Source: Candidatus Zhuqueibacterota bacterium
Lineage (GTDB): Bacteria > Zhuqueibacterota > Zhuqueibacteria > Zhuqueibacterales > Geothermadaptataceae
Direction: 5' to 3'
Assembly (NCBI GenBank): GCA_030950365.1
Contig: JAUZRQ010000040.1
Span: 13,195-77,194 of the forward strand
DNA length: 64,000 nucleotides
Shown here: positions 39,179 to 49,711 of the stretch, in pieces
How the letters are laid out: each line of letters opens with the position of its first letter
Position numbering within the stretch: position 1 is the first letter of the stretch
Notes under the pieces: model-generated
Databases searched by the model: none
The model's input: the letters and a program-made list of their open reading frames with translations, nothing else
Told to the model about the DNA's origin: nothing
Translations under genes and position numbers: made by a program

Positions 39179-40247
39179 ATACATCGCGAAGCAGGATCGA
39201 CTGCTGAATCTGTCGCTGGCCATCACCGTCGGCGTCCTGTTGCTGATTTTTATCATTATGCAATTGCTGTCGTTCATTCCGTTACAGATGGATGACGACC
39301 GTGAGAAGCAAATGGTGGTGCAGGAACTGGTAAAACTGCGCTTTGACAAGAAAAAACAAAAGGCGCCGGTGCAGAAATTCAGAGGCCGTACGCGGCAGAA
39401 CACCCGGCCGAAAAAATCGGTGAAGGTGTCGCGCAAAAAAGCCTCCAGGCGGTCGAAGCCACAGGTGAATGTAGAAAAGCTGTTACAGGAATTCAAATCC
39501 AAGAAACTGGTGGCCAACAAAACCACCAACCGCCGCACCGTGGTGAAAGTGCCTTCGCCGCCGAAATCCGGTGTGAGTTTGAATGTAAAGCGGCAAACGC
39601 GCGGCGTCACCGATAATTCGTTGAAGACGCCGTTCAGGAGCCGGCCGGCGCGCCGACCCAGTGGCAGAAAAGCCGTTGCCGGGGTGGTTTCGGGTGCGGC
39701 GGTGGAGGTTGGTGCGGTGTCGCCAAATCTGGCCAACGTTACCTCGGTCAACGGCTCCGGTTTTCGATCGGCCAAAGGCATGCGCGCCACGCGCAGTGCG
39801 GGCAGTGGCGCCGGCAGTGCGCAAATATCCCTGCCCACCGGCGAGGGCGGCGGCAGCGAGGCCACTATCGATCTGCATGCATTGATCAAATGGATGAAAG
39901 AACATCCCGGTCCCATTCCCAAGTTAGTGGCGCACGAGATGGGCCATGAGCGCGGCGACCTGTCCTCAAAGGTGTCGTTCCGTTACCGTGGCCGGCAATA
40001 TACATTCTTTTTGTCATGCAATGAGCACGAATTATTTTTACGTGTGTGTCTTGTGGAAGGCAACGATTTCATTTTACTCAAGGATAGCGGCATTCAGGAA
40101 GAGAGTCACTTTCTCACTATCGGTGATGTCATCCGCCGCCGCGGCCGCATCGAATCGTTGATTAGCTCGCGCAAAGCTCCTGGCGATCGCGCGGATCAGT
40201 TTTATTCGATTTTCTGGGCGTGGTGGCAAACGGTAGAGAAAAAATAG
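39162..40247 (+). CDS. TonB/TolA-position membrane-anchored protein with K/R-rich linker and unrecognised C-terminal domain
   Basis: Overlaps the ExbD stop by 17 nt. N-terminal TM (LSLAITVGVLLLIFIIMQLL), basic tract (KKKQKAPVQKFRGRTRQNTRPKKSVKVSRKKASRRSKP...), and a Ser/Gly/Ala-rich linker. The C-terminal ~130 aa has no TonB_C-like motif that I can see. Confidence 0.45.
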   Translation: MTALTEYIAKQDRLLNLSLAITVGVLLLIFIIMQLLSFIPLQMDDDREKQMVVQELVKLRFDKKKQKAPVQKFRGRTRQNTRPKKSVKVSRKKASRRSKPQVNVEKLLQEFKSKKLVANKTTNRRTVVKVPSPPKSGVSLNVKRQTRGVTDNSLKTPFRSRPARRPSGRKAVAGVVSGAAVEVGAVSPNLANVTSVNGSGFRSAKGMRATRSAGSGAGSAQISLPTGEGGGSEATIDLHALIKWMKEHPGPIPKLVAHEMGHERGDLSSKVSFRYRGRQYTFFLSCNEHELFLRVCLVEGNDFILLKDSGIQEESHFLTIGDVIRRRGRIESLISSRKAPGDRADQFYSIFWAWWQTVEKK

Positions 40248-40298
40248 CAGGTTAAATTTGAGCAACAAAAAACCGACCGGAACCGAACGTTAGCGGCA

Positions 40299-41819
40299 AT
40301 GAACAACAAAGGGATGGCGATTATGAAGGTGAGGGATTACCGCTGGTTTGCGCTGCTGAGCTTTGGTATGGCGCTTATTCTGCTGTCGGCCTGTGCTTTG
40401 CCGCTGCGGCGGCCCACGAAGCGGGTGCTGCGCGTGCCACCGGGCCTTGATAGCACCACGGTGGTGCAGGCCAATCGGCTGGCCAATGAGAATTTCGTTT
40501 CGGCACGCCGAGAAAACGAAGCCAGAAAACACGCCGAGGTCGGCAAAAAGAGCCTGAAACGCGTGGATGATTTCTGGGCGTATCTTGAGCAACGCGTCGA
40601 GCGCAATCCGATGTCTGCAAGCGAGCAGGCTCAGTTCGACCGCGAGATGGCCAAGGGCGCGCAGGCGCTGCAGCGCTGGAAAGCGCTGACCAAGAATGGC
40701 ACTGATGAACGAGCCTTTCAGCGGGCGCTACAATATTGCTTGAAAGCGCAACAGCACCTGGAAACCGCCGTGCGGCTGAATCCGTTTGACAAAAATGCCC
40801 GTCTGTTGCTGGCGGTGACCTACTACAACCTGCAAAACATCTTCGGCCAGGATCAAAACTTCAAGAAGGCCGTTGAAATTCTGGAGCGCTTAACCCGCAT
40901 TGAAAAAGGCGAGCATGACCTGTTCCGGCTGCTGGCCGAAAATTACATGCAGCTCAAAGACTACCGCCGGGCGCTGGAAAATTTCGCCCGCGCCGAAACC
41001 GTGCTAATCAAAACCAGCTTTGAAGCGCCACCGGATACCGCCACGCTGTTCTATTACGCCTACATGCAGGGCGATATGTACGCGCGGCTGTACAATGCAC
41101 CGGCCGCGGTGAAAAAGTTCGCCATGGCCAAAACTTATGCGCGCACGGAGCAGGAGCGCAAGGATGTGGAAAACTACCTTGCGTGGATCAACTGGGATGG
41201 CGGCAATATTCGCGCGTCCGAAGTCTGGGATGAAATTCTGGCGCTGGAAGCGAAGAAATCCTACGACCGCATGGCGCGGTTATGCAAAAAACTGCTGCCG
41301 AAGTTACAAACCAAAAAGGCCAAACTGGCGGTGCATCACAAACTGGCCGTGGTCGAATTTGAGTTTCTCAATCGCAAGGAAACGGCGGTGGAGCGCATGA
41401 AGGCCGTATATGAGGCGCTCGGGGCGGTGGCGCAGAGCCGAAACCGGCCGCCGGAAGTGCAGCAGTATCTGGACACCTATGGCGCCATGCTGTACCGAAT
41501 GGGCGTGGATGCGCTGGAGCGACAACAGAAAAAACTGGCGCTGGCCTATTTCACCAAATCCATCGAGTTCGACTGGAATCAGGTGGCTAAATCGTACGTG
41601 GAGATGGTCACGCTGCTCTGGAACAGCCCGGAAAAAGCGATCTATTTCGGTGAAAAAGCGCTGGCGCATGCCGAGGGCGCCTTGTCGAGCCGGGAATCCT
41701 GTGAGTTGCTGTCCCTCATGGTGAAGGCGCACAAAAGCGCCGGGCTCTACGACAAAGCGCGTGACTATTTTCAACAATGGAAACAGTGTCGCATGGAAAA
41801 CAACGTCGGGAGTGAATGA
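40299..41819 (+). CDS. TPR-repeat lipoprotein
   Basis: Probable start Met9 at 40323 (MKVRDYRWFALLSFGMALILLSACALP, lipobox). The remainder is TPR-like helical repeats. Confidence 0.7.
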   Translation: MNNKGMAIMKVRDYRWFALLSFGMALILLSACALPLRRPTKRVLRVPPGLDSTTVVQANRLANENFVSARRENEARKHAEVGKKSLKRVDDFWAYLEQRVERNPMSASEQAQFDREMAKGAQALQRWKALTKNGTDERAFQRALQYCLKAQQHLETAVRLNPFDKNARLLLAVTYYNLQNIFGQDQNFKKAVEILERLTRIEKGEHDLFRLLAENYMQLKDYRRALENFARAETVLIKTSFEAPPDTATLFYYAYMQGDMYARLYNAPAAVKKFAMAKTYARTEQERKDVENYLAWINWDGGNIRASEVWDEILALEAKKSYDRMARLCKKLLPKLQTKKAKLAVHHKLAVVEFEFLNRKETAVERMKAVYEALGAVAQSRNRPPEVQQYLDTYGAMLYRMGVDALERQQKKLALAYFTKSIEFDWNQVAKSYVEMVTLLWNSPEKAIYFGEKALAHAEGALSSRESCELLSLMVKAHKSAGLYDKARDYFQQWKQCRMENNVGSE

Positions 41820-42469
41820 TGAAAGGAATTCGTTGTTTGATTCTGGTGTTGATCGGCACGGCCGTGGCGCCCATCGTCTCCGCGCAGACACAATCGGGAG
41901 TGCTTGTGGATCAGGTGCTCATGCAGAACGCCACGGTCACGAATCCACGGCTGATCCGCTTTTTCGCCGAGGATTTCATGATCCCGGAAGAAAAAATCGA
42001 CAAGATGGTGATCTACGATCTCACCGGTGACGGTTTCGGTGAAGGAGATCTGGCGCGCACGTTCCCCGGTGGCAAGTTTTATCTGATCACGCCGACCGAA
42101 AACGCCCAGCGCATCATGAACGGCTGGAGTTTCGGCGGCAATGTCAAGTTTACGGCGGACAGCGATGATCCACCAGAGCTGTTCGAGAATGCGCCGGATT
42201 CTGTACGCGCCATGGGCGGTATTTTTGCCGCCTTGCTGCGGGGCCTGCGGCGCAATTACAAAGGCCAGCCGATCAAATTGCATCTGGAACAACGCAACGG
42301 CGTGACCTCGGTGGAACTGTGGGGCTACGATCCGCGGTTGATGATCTATCAGCCGCCGCCGGTCAACAAAGTCCCCGAGCAGGTGCCGGTGATGAAGCTG
42401 ATTTACCTGGAAAAGTCCATCGTCGATTCGGTGTTTACTGGCGAAGTCCGGCCGAAGGGTGGATTTTAG
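41816..42469 (+). CDS. secreted hypothetical protein
   Basis: 4-nt overlap with the upstream stop. Signal peptide MMKGIRCLILVLIGTAVAPIVSAQ. No recognisable domain. Confidence 0.6.
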   Translation: MMKGIRCLILVLIGTAVAPIVSAQTQSGVLVDQVLMQNATVTNPRLIRFFAEDFMIPEEKIDKMVIYDLTGDGFGEGDLARTFPGGKFYLITPTENAQRIMNGWSFGGNVKFTADSDDPPELFENAPDSVRAMGGIFAALLRGLRRNYKGQPIKLHLEQRNGVTSVELWGYDPRLMIYQPPPVNKVPEQVPVMKLIYLEKSIVDSVFTGEVRPKGGF

Positions 42470-42590
42470 TGAAAATTCTTTGAAGCCATGAATTCACGCG
42501 GGCCAGGCACAGGATGTGGCCAGCGTGTTGGCAGCTACGATTTTTCCCAGGCAGCTCCCGTACTATTGTTGTAATCCCTCCCCCCATGCG

Positions 42591-42620
42591 AGCGAGCCCG
42601 GAACACGGGCTCGCTTTTTT
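42591..42620 (+). terminator. rho-independent terminator closing the 31.6-42.5 kb operon
   Basis: AGCGAGCCCG-gaaca-CGGGCTCGCT followed by TTTTT. Confidence 0.85.
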
Positions 42621-42633
42621 AATAGGTGACAAC

Positions 42634-42667
42634 CACGCTGGCAGGGTTCCCAGTCCCTGCCAGCGTG
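42634..42667. terminator. 13-bp perfect hairpin between convergent operons (possible terminator of the response-regulator gene)
   Basis: CACGCTGGCAGGG-ttcccagt-CCCTGCCAGCGTG, 29 nt beyond the stop at 42696. No U-tract on either strand. Confidence 0.45.
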
Positions 42668-42695
42668 AATCAATGCCATTCCAGAAACCGGTCCA

Positions 42696-44063
<1,368 letters not shown>

Positions 44064-44176
44064 GTTGACTCCACAACAAGATTGGTTTTCGTTTCAGTCC
44101 TCGTGTCCTGGCCAAAAACGCTCCCGCTCTCCCGATATCGACGTTTGGGAGTGCGAATGGTAAGGCCGGATTGGCG

Positions 44177-45685
44177 CTATCCCGTTACCGGCAGGCGGAT
44201 TTCAAACCGCGTCCACTCGCCGGGCTGGCTATCTACCGCAATATGCCCGCCGTGTTCCTCGATGATGCGCCGCACGATGGCCAGGCCCAGGCCCATGCCG
44301 TGTTTTTTGGTGGAAAAATACGGCTCCCAGATCTTCGCCCGGATGTCTTCCGGGATGCCGGTGCCGGTGTCTTCGATCCACAAAAGCACCTGGTCATCGG
44401 CCATGCGCGTGGTGATGCGGATGGCGCCGCCGCCTTTTTTCTCCAGACTCTGCAACGCATTTTCAATCAAATTGATCAGGACGCGGCGAAGCTGATCGGG
44501 ATCGAAGCGGAAGCGAGGCACGTTTGCACCAAGCTGCATTTGAATATTCGCATCCGGATACAGGCGGATGATGTCGTGGATCAGCTCGTTGAGATCGCCA
44601 TCGAGGCGCTGCAGCTCCGGCATGCGGGCAAATTCCGAAAACGCGCGCACCAGGTTCTGCAGCGATTTGATCTCGTCGTTGATGATGGCGCTGCATTCCT
44701 GCAGCAGTCTGCGGTACGACTCGTCATCACCGGCGTACTTGTCGCGAAGCTGCTGGATGGTCAGTTGAATCGGAGTAAGCGGGTTTTTGATTTCGTGCGC
44801 CAGCACCCGCGCCATTTCTCGCCACATGGCCATTTTTTCCAGCGCAATGACCTGCTGCTGCTTCTCGTGCAAATTCTGCACCATGAGGTTGAACGATTCC
44901 GCTAACTGGCCCAACTCATCGCGCGATGACACGCTGACCCGGTGCTCCCAGTTGCCGGCGGCGACCTCCTGTGTTGCGGCGGCCAGTTCCCGGATCGGCC
45001 GTGAAATCCGCCGCGACAGCGCGATGCCCAGACCGATGGAAATCAAACTGATGGGAATGTAGATCACAAAAAAGGCCATCAGAAAGCTGCGCTGCAAATC
45101 CTCGCGGAAAAAGCCGAGGGTTTTGAACATCTGGTTGACATCCACAATCTGTTGAAAACGCGAGGTGAAGCCAGCATCCAGTCCGCGGGTTAGCACCAGC
45201 AGGCCGGCACCGTTGCGAAGCGGCACTGCCGCGGAGATGAACTGTGGCTGCTGCGGATGGTCGATGATCTGCGGCCGGGCTTCCTGCAGCAGTGGATGGA
45301 TACGGTTCATGAACAGCGACGGAAAGCTCGCCGATTCGGTGGCGCGCTCGAAGACCAGCGTGCCTTTACGGTCATAGAGCTGCACGCGCATTGGAAGCGA
45401 ATCGGGCAGGGCACCTGCGAGGGCTCCGGTCATCGACCAGTCGTTGCCGCGCGCGCCAAAACGCTCGGCCACCATTTCGGCCTGCCGCAGCGTCTGCTGT
45501 TTGTATTCCGAAAGCAGCCTGCGGGACAGTTGTGTGGCATTTTCCAGCGCCTGTTCGACTTTGGCGTTGAAGCCCACCTCGAGACTTTTCTTAAAAAAAT
45601 CATTGACTACGAAATACAGCGGCAGCACCGGCAACAGCGATACGAACAGAATGGCCAGAATGAGTTTGGTTTGAATGCGAATCAT
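44177..45685 (-). CDS. sensor histidine kinase, NtrY-like (2 TM, HAMP, HisKA, HATPase_c)
   Basis: N-terminal TM, a periplasmic segment, a second TM plus HAMP (ALSRRISRPIRELAAATQEVAAGNWEHRV). H-box LAHEIKNPLTPIQLTIQQL is NtrY-type. G-boxes DTGTGIP and GMGLGLAIV. Confidence 0.9.
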   Translation of the reverse strand: MIRIQTKLILAILFVSLLPVLPLYFVVNDFFKKSLEVGFNAKVEQALENATQLSRRLLSEYKQQTLRQAEMVAERFGARGNDWSMTGALAGALPDSLPMRVQLYDRKGTLVFERATESASFPSLFMNRIHPLLQEARPQIIDHPQQPQFISAAVPLRNGAGLLVLTRGLDAGFTSRFQQIVDVNQMFKTLGFFREDLQRSFLMAFFVIYIPISLISIGLGIALSRRISRPIRELAAATQEVAAGNWEHRVSVSSRDELGQLAESFNLMVQNLHEKQQQVIALEKMAMWREMARVLAHEIKNPLTPIQLTIQQLRDKYAGDDESYRRLLQECSAIINDEIKSLQNLVRAFSEFARMPELQRLDGDLNELIHDIIRLYPDANIQMQLGANVPRFRFDPDQLRRVLINLIENALQSLEKKGGGAIRITTRMADDQVLLWIEDTGTGIPEDIRAKIWEPYFSTKKHGMGLGLAIVRRIIEEHGGHIAVDSQPGEWTRFEIRLPVTG

Positions 45686-46356
45686 TTTTGCACATCAGAC
45701 AAAGTGAAGGTGGTCTCGACCCACCGGGACGTTCGACCGCGGCCCGGACGGTTGCCCATGAAAAAGGAAATTAGCCGGCTGATGTTGAACTTGAATCCGC
45801 TGGCGCGCTCTTCGGAGGTGATGTCGTCCTCTTTCTCCGAAGCCTCGAGCCAGCCGGACAACTTCTGGTTTTGCCGGAAGGATACCGGCAGCACTGTCGC
45901 GCGTAGCTTTACCGTGTAGCGCGCCAGCCGGTCCAGCCGATGGAGTGTGGTGATCAGCATATCGGTGCAGCGGCTGATGCGCGCAAGCATGGCGTCGAAG
46001 CGGGTGAAGACCTCGGTGGTGTCCTCGTACCGGATGGCGTAGCGTTCGGACCAGATGTCATAGGTCAGGGTGCGGAAGAATGTCTTGCGCAAAATTTCGC
46101 CCCTGCCGCGCAGCAGCCGGATTTCAAACTCCACCGCCGCCGGCAGGCCGCTCTGGATGATGCCTTTGATTTTCTCGTTGATCAGGTTGTCGGCGCGAAA
46201 TTCCAGCACCAGATGGCCGTCGTTGGCGCGCACCCGCAGGTCCCGAATCTGAATTGGCTGCTTCGTTTCGCCGGCGATCGCCTCGCCGAACAGGGACAAC
46301 ACTATCAGACACAGTGCGAACCGCCGCAGCCTGTAGCCATGTGTTTTAGAAGGCAT
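45682..46356 (-). CDS. DUF4390-like periplasmic protein
   Basis: Signal peptide (FALCLIVLSLFGEAIAGE). IRDLRVRANDGHLVLEFRADNLINEKIKGIIQSGLPAAVEFEIRLL resembles DUF4390, a family often encoded next to ntrY. 4-nt ATGA overlap with the kinase start. Confidence 0.5.
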   Translation of the reverse strand: MPSKTHGYRLRRFALCLIVLSLFGEAIAGETKQPIQIRDLRVRANDGHLVLEFRADNLINEKIKGIIQSGLPAAVEFEIRLLRGRGEILRKTFFRTLTYDIWSERYAIRYEDTTEVFTRFDAMLARISRCTDMLITTLHRLDRLARYTVKLRATVLPVSFRQNQKLSGWLEASEKEDDITSEERASGFKFNISRLISFFMGNRPGRGRTSRWVETTFTLSDVQK

Positions 46357-47698
46357 GTCCTAGCGAAAGGTGGAGTTTGAAATCCTTGTCTTCGAATTTA
46401 TTCAACGGGAATGCAAAATCGAACCGCATCAGGCCGATGATTGGCAGCTTGAAGCGGAAGCCAAAGCCGACGGAGCGGAACATGGTTTCGTAGCGAATGG
46501 CCGCGCCGGTTTGCCAGATGCCGCCGATATCGAAAAACAGCACGCCCACCGCGGACGGCCGGCGCACGCGGCTGCCGGAAAAGGGCAGACGCAGCTCGGC
46601 CTGGCCAAGCAGCAACGTGTTGCCGTATCCCACCGGAGTGAGGCGGCGTTCGGAATAGCCGCGCAGCGAATTGGCGCCGGCAAGATAGAAACGCTGGTAA
46701 AACGGCGCGTCATCGCTGGCGTGGGTGAAGCGGGCATGCAACGCCACCACCGCCATGCCAGCCATGCGCTGATAAAACCGCACGTCCGCCAGATAGCGGT
46801 TGAAATTGACATCGCTGCCGAGTTCTTCATGCGCCTTCTCGAACGCCAGCGCGCCCCACAGCCCCGAGGTCGGATAGTGAACGTTGTCGCGGAAATCGGC
46901 CTGCAGGCCGAGGGCAAACGCGGCCACCCGCGTGGCCTGCAGATCGGCACGCAGCGCGCGCGGAAAGCGGTTGGCTGTGAGCACGGAATCGAACTGCGTG
47001 TAGCGCGCCTGCGTGCTGGGAGTGTACGTGGCTCTGCGGTATTCGAAAAAGAAATAGCGCAGCAAGCCGTGGTTGCCGCCCAGGCGCAATTTAGAACCGT
47101 TCATCTCGACCTGCTGCACCAGTTCCTGCGCATTGATGTAATGAATGAAATCGCGACTGCCGCCGTATAGCTCAATACCCAGATTCAATGCATCATCAAA
47201 AATGGATGGATGGGAATAGGTAAGACGGAGCTTGCTCACGCGATCGCCGAGGACGAATTGAATGCCCCAGAGCTGGCCACGCCCCAGCATGTTGTCAAAT
47301 CGGACGCTCAGCGGAACGAAATACCAGCCGTCGAGATCACTGTGGCCGCCCTCAAACTGCACATATGGCCAGCGCCGTTCCTCGACTTCCACTATCACAA
47401 TGATTTTGCCACGCGCACTTCCGGGCCGGGTGTAAATTTCCACCTGTTTGAAAAAGCCGGTTTGCATGAGCCGGGTCCAGCTACGCTCGATGTCGGCGGC
47501 GGTGATGCTATCGCCGAGGCTGAAGGTGAGGTAGCGGTAGATGACCTGCGGCCGGGTTTTCTTGCGGCCCAACAAGTCGATGCGCTCGACCTCGAGTCGC
47601 GGGGCGGTTGTGGGACTCTGCGCGCCGGCCGGGCCATTTGTTGCCAGTAGTAGGCCGGCATACAAAAAAAAGGAGAGCAAAACCTGTTTGAACATCAT
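46346..47698 (-). CDS. BamA/TamA (Omp85) family outer-membrane protein with one POTRA domain
   Basis: Signal peptide. POTRA-like RLEVERIDLLGRKKTRPQVIYRYLTFSLGDSITAADIERSWTRLMQTGFFKQVEI. Beta-barrel with alternating pattern, and a C-terminal HLSLGHAF beta-signal ending in Phe. Confidence 0.8.
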   Translation of the reverse strand: MMFKQVLLSFFLYAGLLLATNGPAGAQSPTTAPRLEVERIDLLGRKKTRPQVIYRYLTFSLGDSITAADIERSWTRLMQTGFFKQVEIYTRPGSARGKIIVIVEVEERRWPYVQFEGGHSDLDGWYFVPLSVRFDNMLGRGQLWGIQFVLGDRVSKLRLTYSHPSIFDDALNLGIELYGGSRDFIHYINAQELVQQVEMNGSKLRLGGNHGLLRYFFFEYRRATYTPSTQARYTQFDSVLTANRFPRALRADLQATRVAAFALGLQADFRDNVHYPTSGLWGALAFEKAHEELGSDVNFNRYLADVRFYQRMAGMAVVALHARFTHASDDAPFYQRFYLAGANSLRGYSERRLTPVGYGNTLLLGQAELRLPFSGSRVRRPSAVGVLFFDIGGIWQTGAAIRYETMFRSVGFGFRFKLPIIGLMRFDFAFPLNKFEDKDFKLHLSLGHAF

Positions 47699-47848
47699 CG
47701 ACTCGGAATTGCGCGGTTCAGAACTATTGTGGTTTTTTATGTTGCGACAAAGTTTTTGGGATTTTATAAAATCGATTGCATAGCATCACAACTTATAGAA
47801 AACACTGTAGCGCCGACCAGTGATTGAACTGATAGGCATTTTCTATAA

Positions 47849-47960
47849 CCGCTGAGAACGCGGAGATCGCAAAGAGGCCTTTTCTGCGGCCTTTGCGCAC
47901 TCCGCGGTGATTGCAATGGATGCCAAAACCATTCATCCACGATCCGCGTTGATCCGTGGC
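47849..47960. repeat. intergenic modular repeat (inverted arrangement of ACTCCGC and ATCCGTG modules)
   Basis: ccgctgagaacgcggagatcgcaaagaggcc / gcggcctttgcgcactccgcggtga form an imperfect hairpin. They are followed by catccacgatccgcgttgatccgtggc, the reverse orientation of the 9083-9110 module. Confidence 0.7.
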
Positions 47961-48031
47961 TTAAATCAAAATGACCAGCGCAAAAAGTGCAAATAATTTC
48001 AAATTCCCCAAAATGGACATCCGTGCTCATC

Positions 48032-48126
48032 TGCGTCATCCGCTTTGTCCGTGTTCTATTGTAAACCGTCGCCATTGAAATTCCCCTAAATCCCCCCTGC
48101 GCGCCCTGCGAGAGAATGATTTTTTC
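48032..48126 (+). repeat. composite intergenic repeat (same family as 11681-11790)
   Basis: tgcgtcatccgctttgtccgtgttc, then a spacer, then cccctgcgcgccctgcgagagaatgatttttt. Confidence 0.8.
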
Positions 48127-48304
48127 TTCACAGCGATTCACAACCCGAAATCCGGTTCAAAGTAAGCAAAAACAATCCAACGAGCAAGAAAAAGCTTGCG
48201 TGGCCTACAAAACAGCGCAACCCGCCAGGCCGCATAGACCTGGCAGGTTGCAGAAAACGCGTCGCAAGGTTACGCCTTCGAGGAGCAGAGACGCTGTTGC
48301 CAAT

Positions 48305-49711
48305 TTACATGCCCCCGGCCGAGCCATCCGGGCCGACCGTGACCGATTGTTCCTGGCCGTTTTCGGTGACCGTGCCTTCGCCCGAACCGTCCGGATTGAA
48401 GTTGATCATGCCGCTGACGATGGGATCCTCGCCACGATCATAAGCCGCCCGCGATTCCCAGATCTGAAACTCGAGCCGGGCGCTGCCGTCAGCGAAATAA
48501 TCGATCTTGAATTTGGTGTAGGTGCCATCCGGGTCGGTCCATTCGCCACTCACGCGGTCGATATCCAGCCCTTCCTCGATGACCAGAATACCGTGGCTGC
48601 CATCACTCTGGTTAATCTCCAGCCGGGTGATTTTCTTGCCGTTCTCGTAGGATTCATCGAACTTCACCGTTTCCGACAATTTGCTGCCATCTTTGAACTC
48701 CACGGTTTTTTCGAATGAGCCATGCATGGTCGAATCGGCGAAATCGAGCGTGAAATTGCCGGTCTCGTAAATTGACTTCGGATCGCTTCCCTCCGGGAAG
48801 GTGGTGCGTTTGGTGAAGCTGCCCACGCCGTCATCCTCGGGGCTGTCAAACGTGCCTTCGATACGGGTGCCAAACCGGCGCACTTCTTCGAACGTGCCCT
48901 TGCCATCCGCGGTGAAGGTAACCTTCTCGCTGCTCTGCGTGCCGTCGTTGTACTTCACGACCTTGGACCACTCGCCTCCCTGATCCGTCGTCAAGCGGGC
49001 ATGCTCGACCGTCTGCTGAATCAAACTGGATTCGGCATAATCGATGCGCTTGTCGAATTCGCCGCCCGTGGGTTCGGTGCCGGGAGCGTAATCATCGAGC
49101 TGTACGCGTGCCCATTCTTCCACCATGTGGTGGCCCACTTTGTACTGCTTCAGCTCTTCAAATGACTCGATGGTGTCATCGGACTCATCATCCAGGGTCT
49201 TGTTCAAATCCAGCTTCACCGTCGCAGAATCGTATTTGATCTGGTGCCGGTCGTCGAAATCGAATTTGATGGCTTCGAAGCGCGCTTTGCCAGTGTCGAA
49301 ATCATAGTACAGGCGAACGCGTTCGGTATAGCCGGCCATTTTGTCCTTTTGGGTGATTTCCCAGATCAGCGAATCGGACATAGCGCCCAGAACTTTGTTG
49401 CTGCGGCGTTGATTGAGTTGGTACGCCCGCAGCACATGCTGTTTGACCTGTTGCGCCTGTGCGGATAGCGAGCCGATGTTCTGCGCCCCGGGCTGATCCA
49501 CCTGCAAAATGGCATTTGGTCCGCGCAATACCTCGGTGACTTGCTTCACTGTGCTAACGGTATTGTAAATCTCGGCGCTGTTCTGAACGGCCTTGCTACT
49601 CAAATCAGAATCGTTGACGTTGGTAGGATCGGTGGGATTGGTTTCGCATCCCCAGATCACTCCCAGCGCCAGCAGTATTCCGGGCAACAGGGGGTGTTTC
49701 ATCTTCAACAT
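48305..49711 (-). CDS. hypothetical lipoprotein, D/E/T/G-rich
   Basis: ORF 48305..49765 trimmed to the ATG at 49711, 7 nt after GGAGG. MLKMKHPLLPGILLALGVIWGCETNP has a lipobox. No recognisable domain. Confidence 0.65.
   Translation of the reverse strand: MLKMKHPLLPGILLALGVIWGCETNPTDPTNVNDSDLSSKAVQNSAEIYNTVSTVKQVTEVLRGPNAILQVDQPGAQNIGSLSAQAQQVKQHVLRAYQLNQRRSNKVLGAMSDSLIWEITQKDKMAGYTERVRLYYDFDTGKARFEAIKFDFDDRHQIKYDSATVKLDLNKTLDDESDDTIESFEELKQYKVGHHMVEEWARVQLDDYAPGTEPTGGEFDKRIDYAESSLIQQTVEHARLTTDQGGEWSKVVKYNDGTQSSEKVTFTADGKGTFEEVRRFGTRIEGTFDSPEDDGVGSFTKRTTFPEGSDPKSIYETGNFTLDFADSTMHGSFEKTVEFKDGSKLSETVKFDESYENGKKITRLEINQSDGSHGILVIEEGLDIDRVSGEWTDPDGTYTKFKIDYFADGSARLEFQIWESRAAYDRGEDPIVSGMINFNPDGSGEGTVTENGQEQSVTVGPDGSAGGM

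Noticed and set aside
38645-39922. 425-aa minus-strand ORF
   Set aside because: It lies antisense to the ExbD, ExbD and TonB-like genes, which have recognisable motifs, coupling overlaps and an SD-preceded GTG start. The minus-strand product is Ser/Arg/Cys-rich with no domain pattern.
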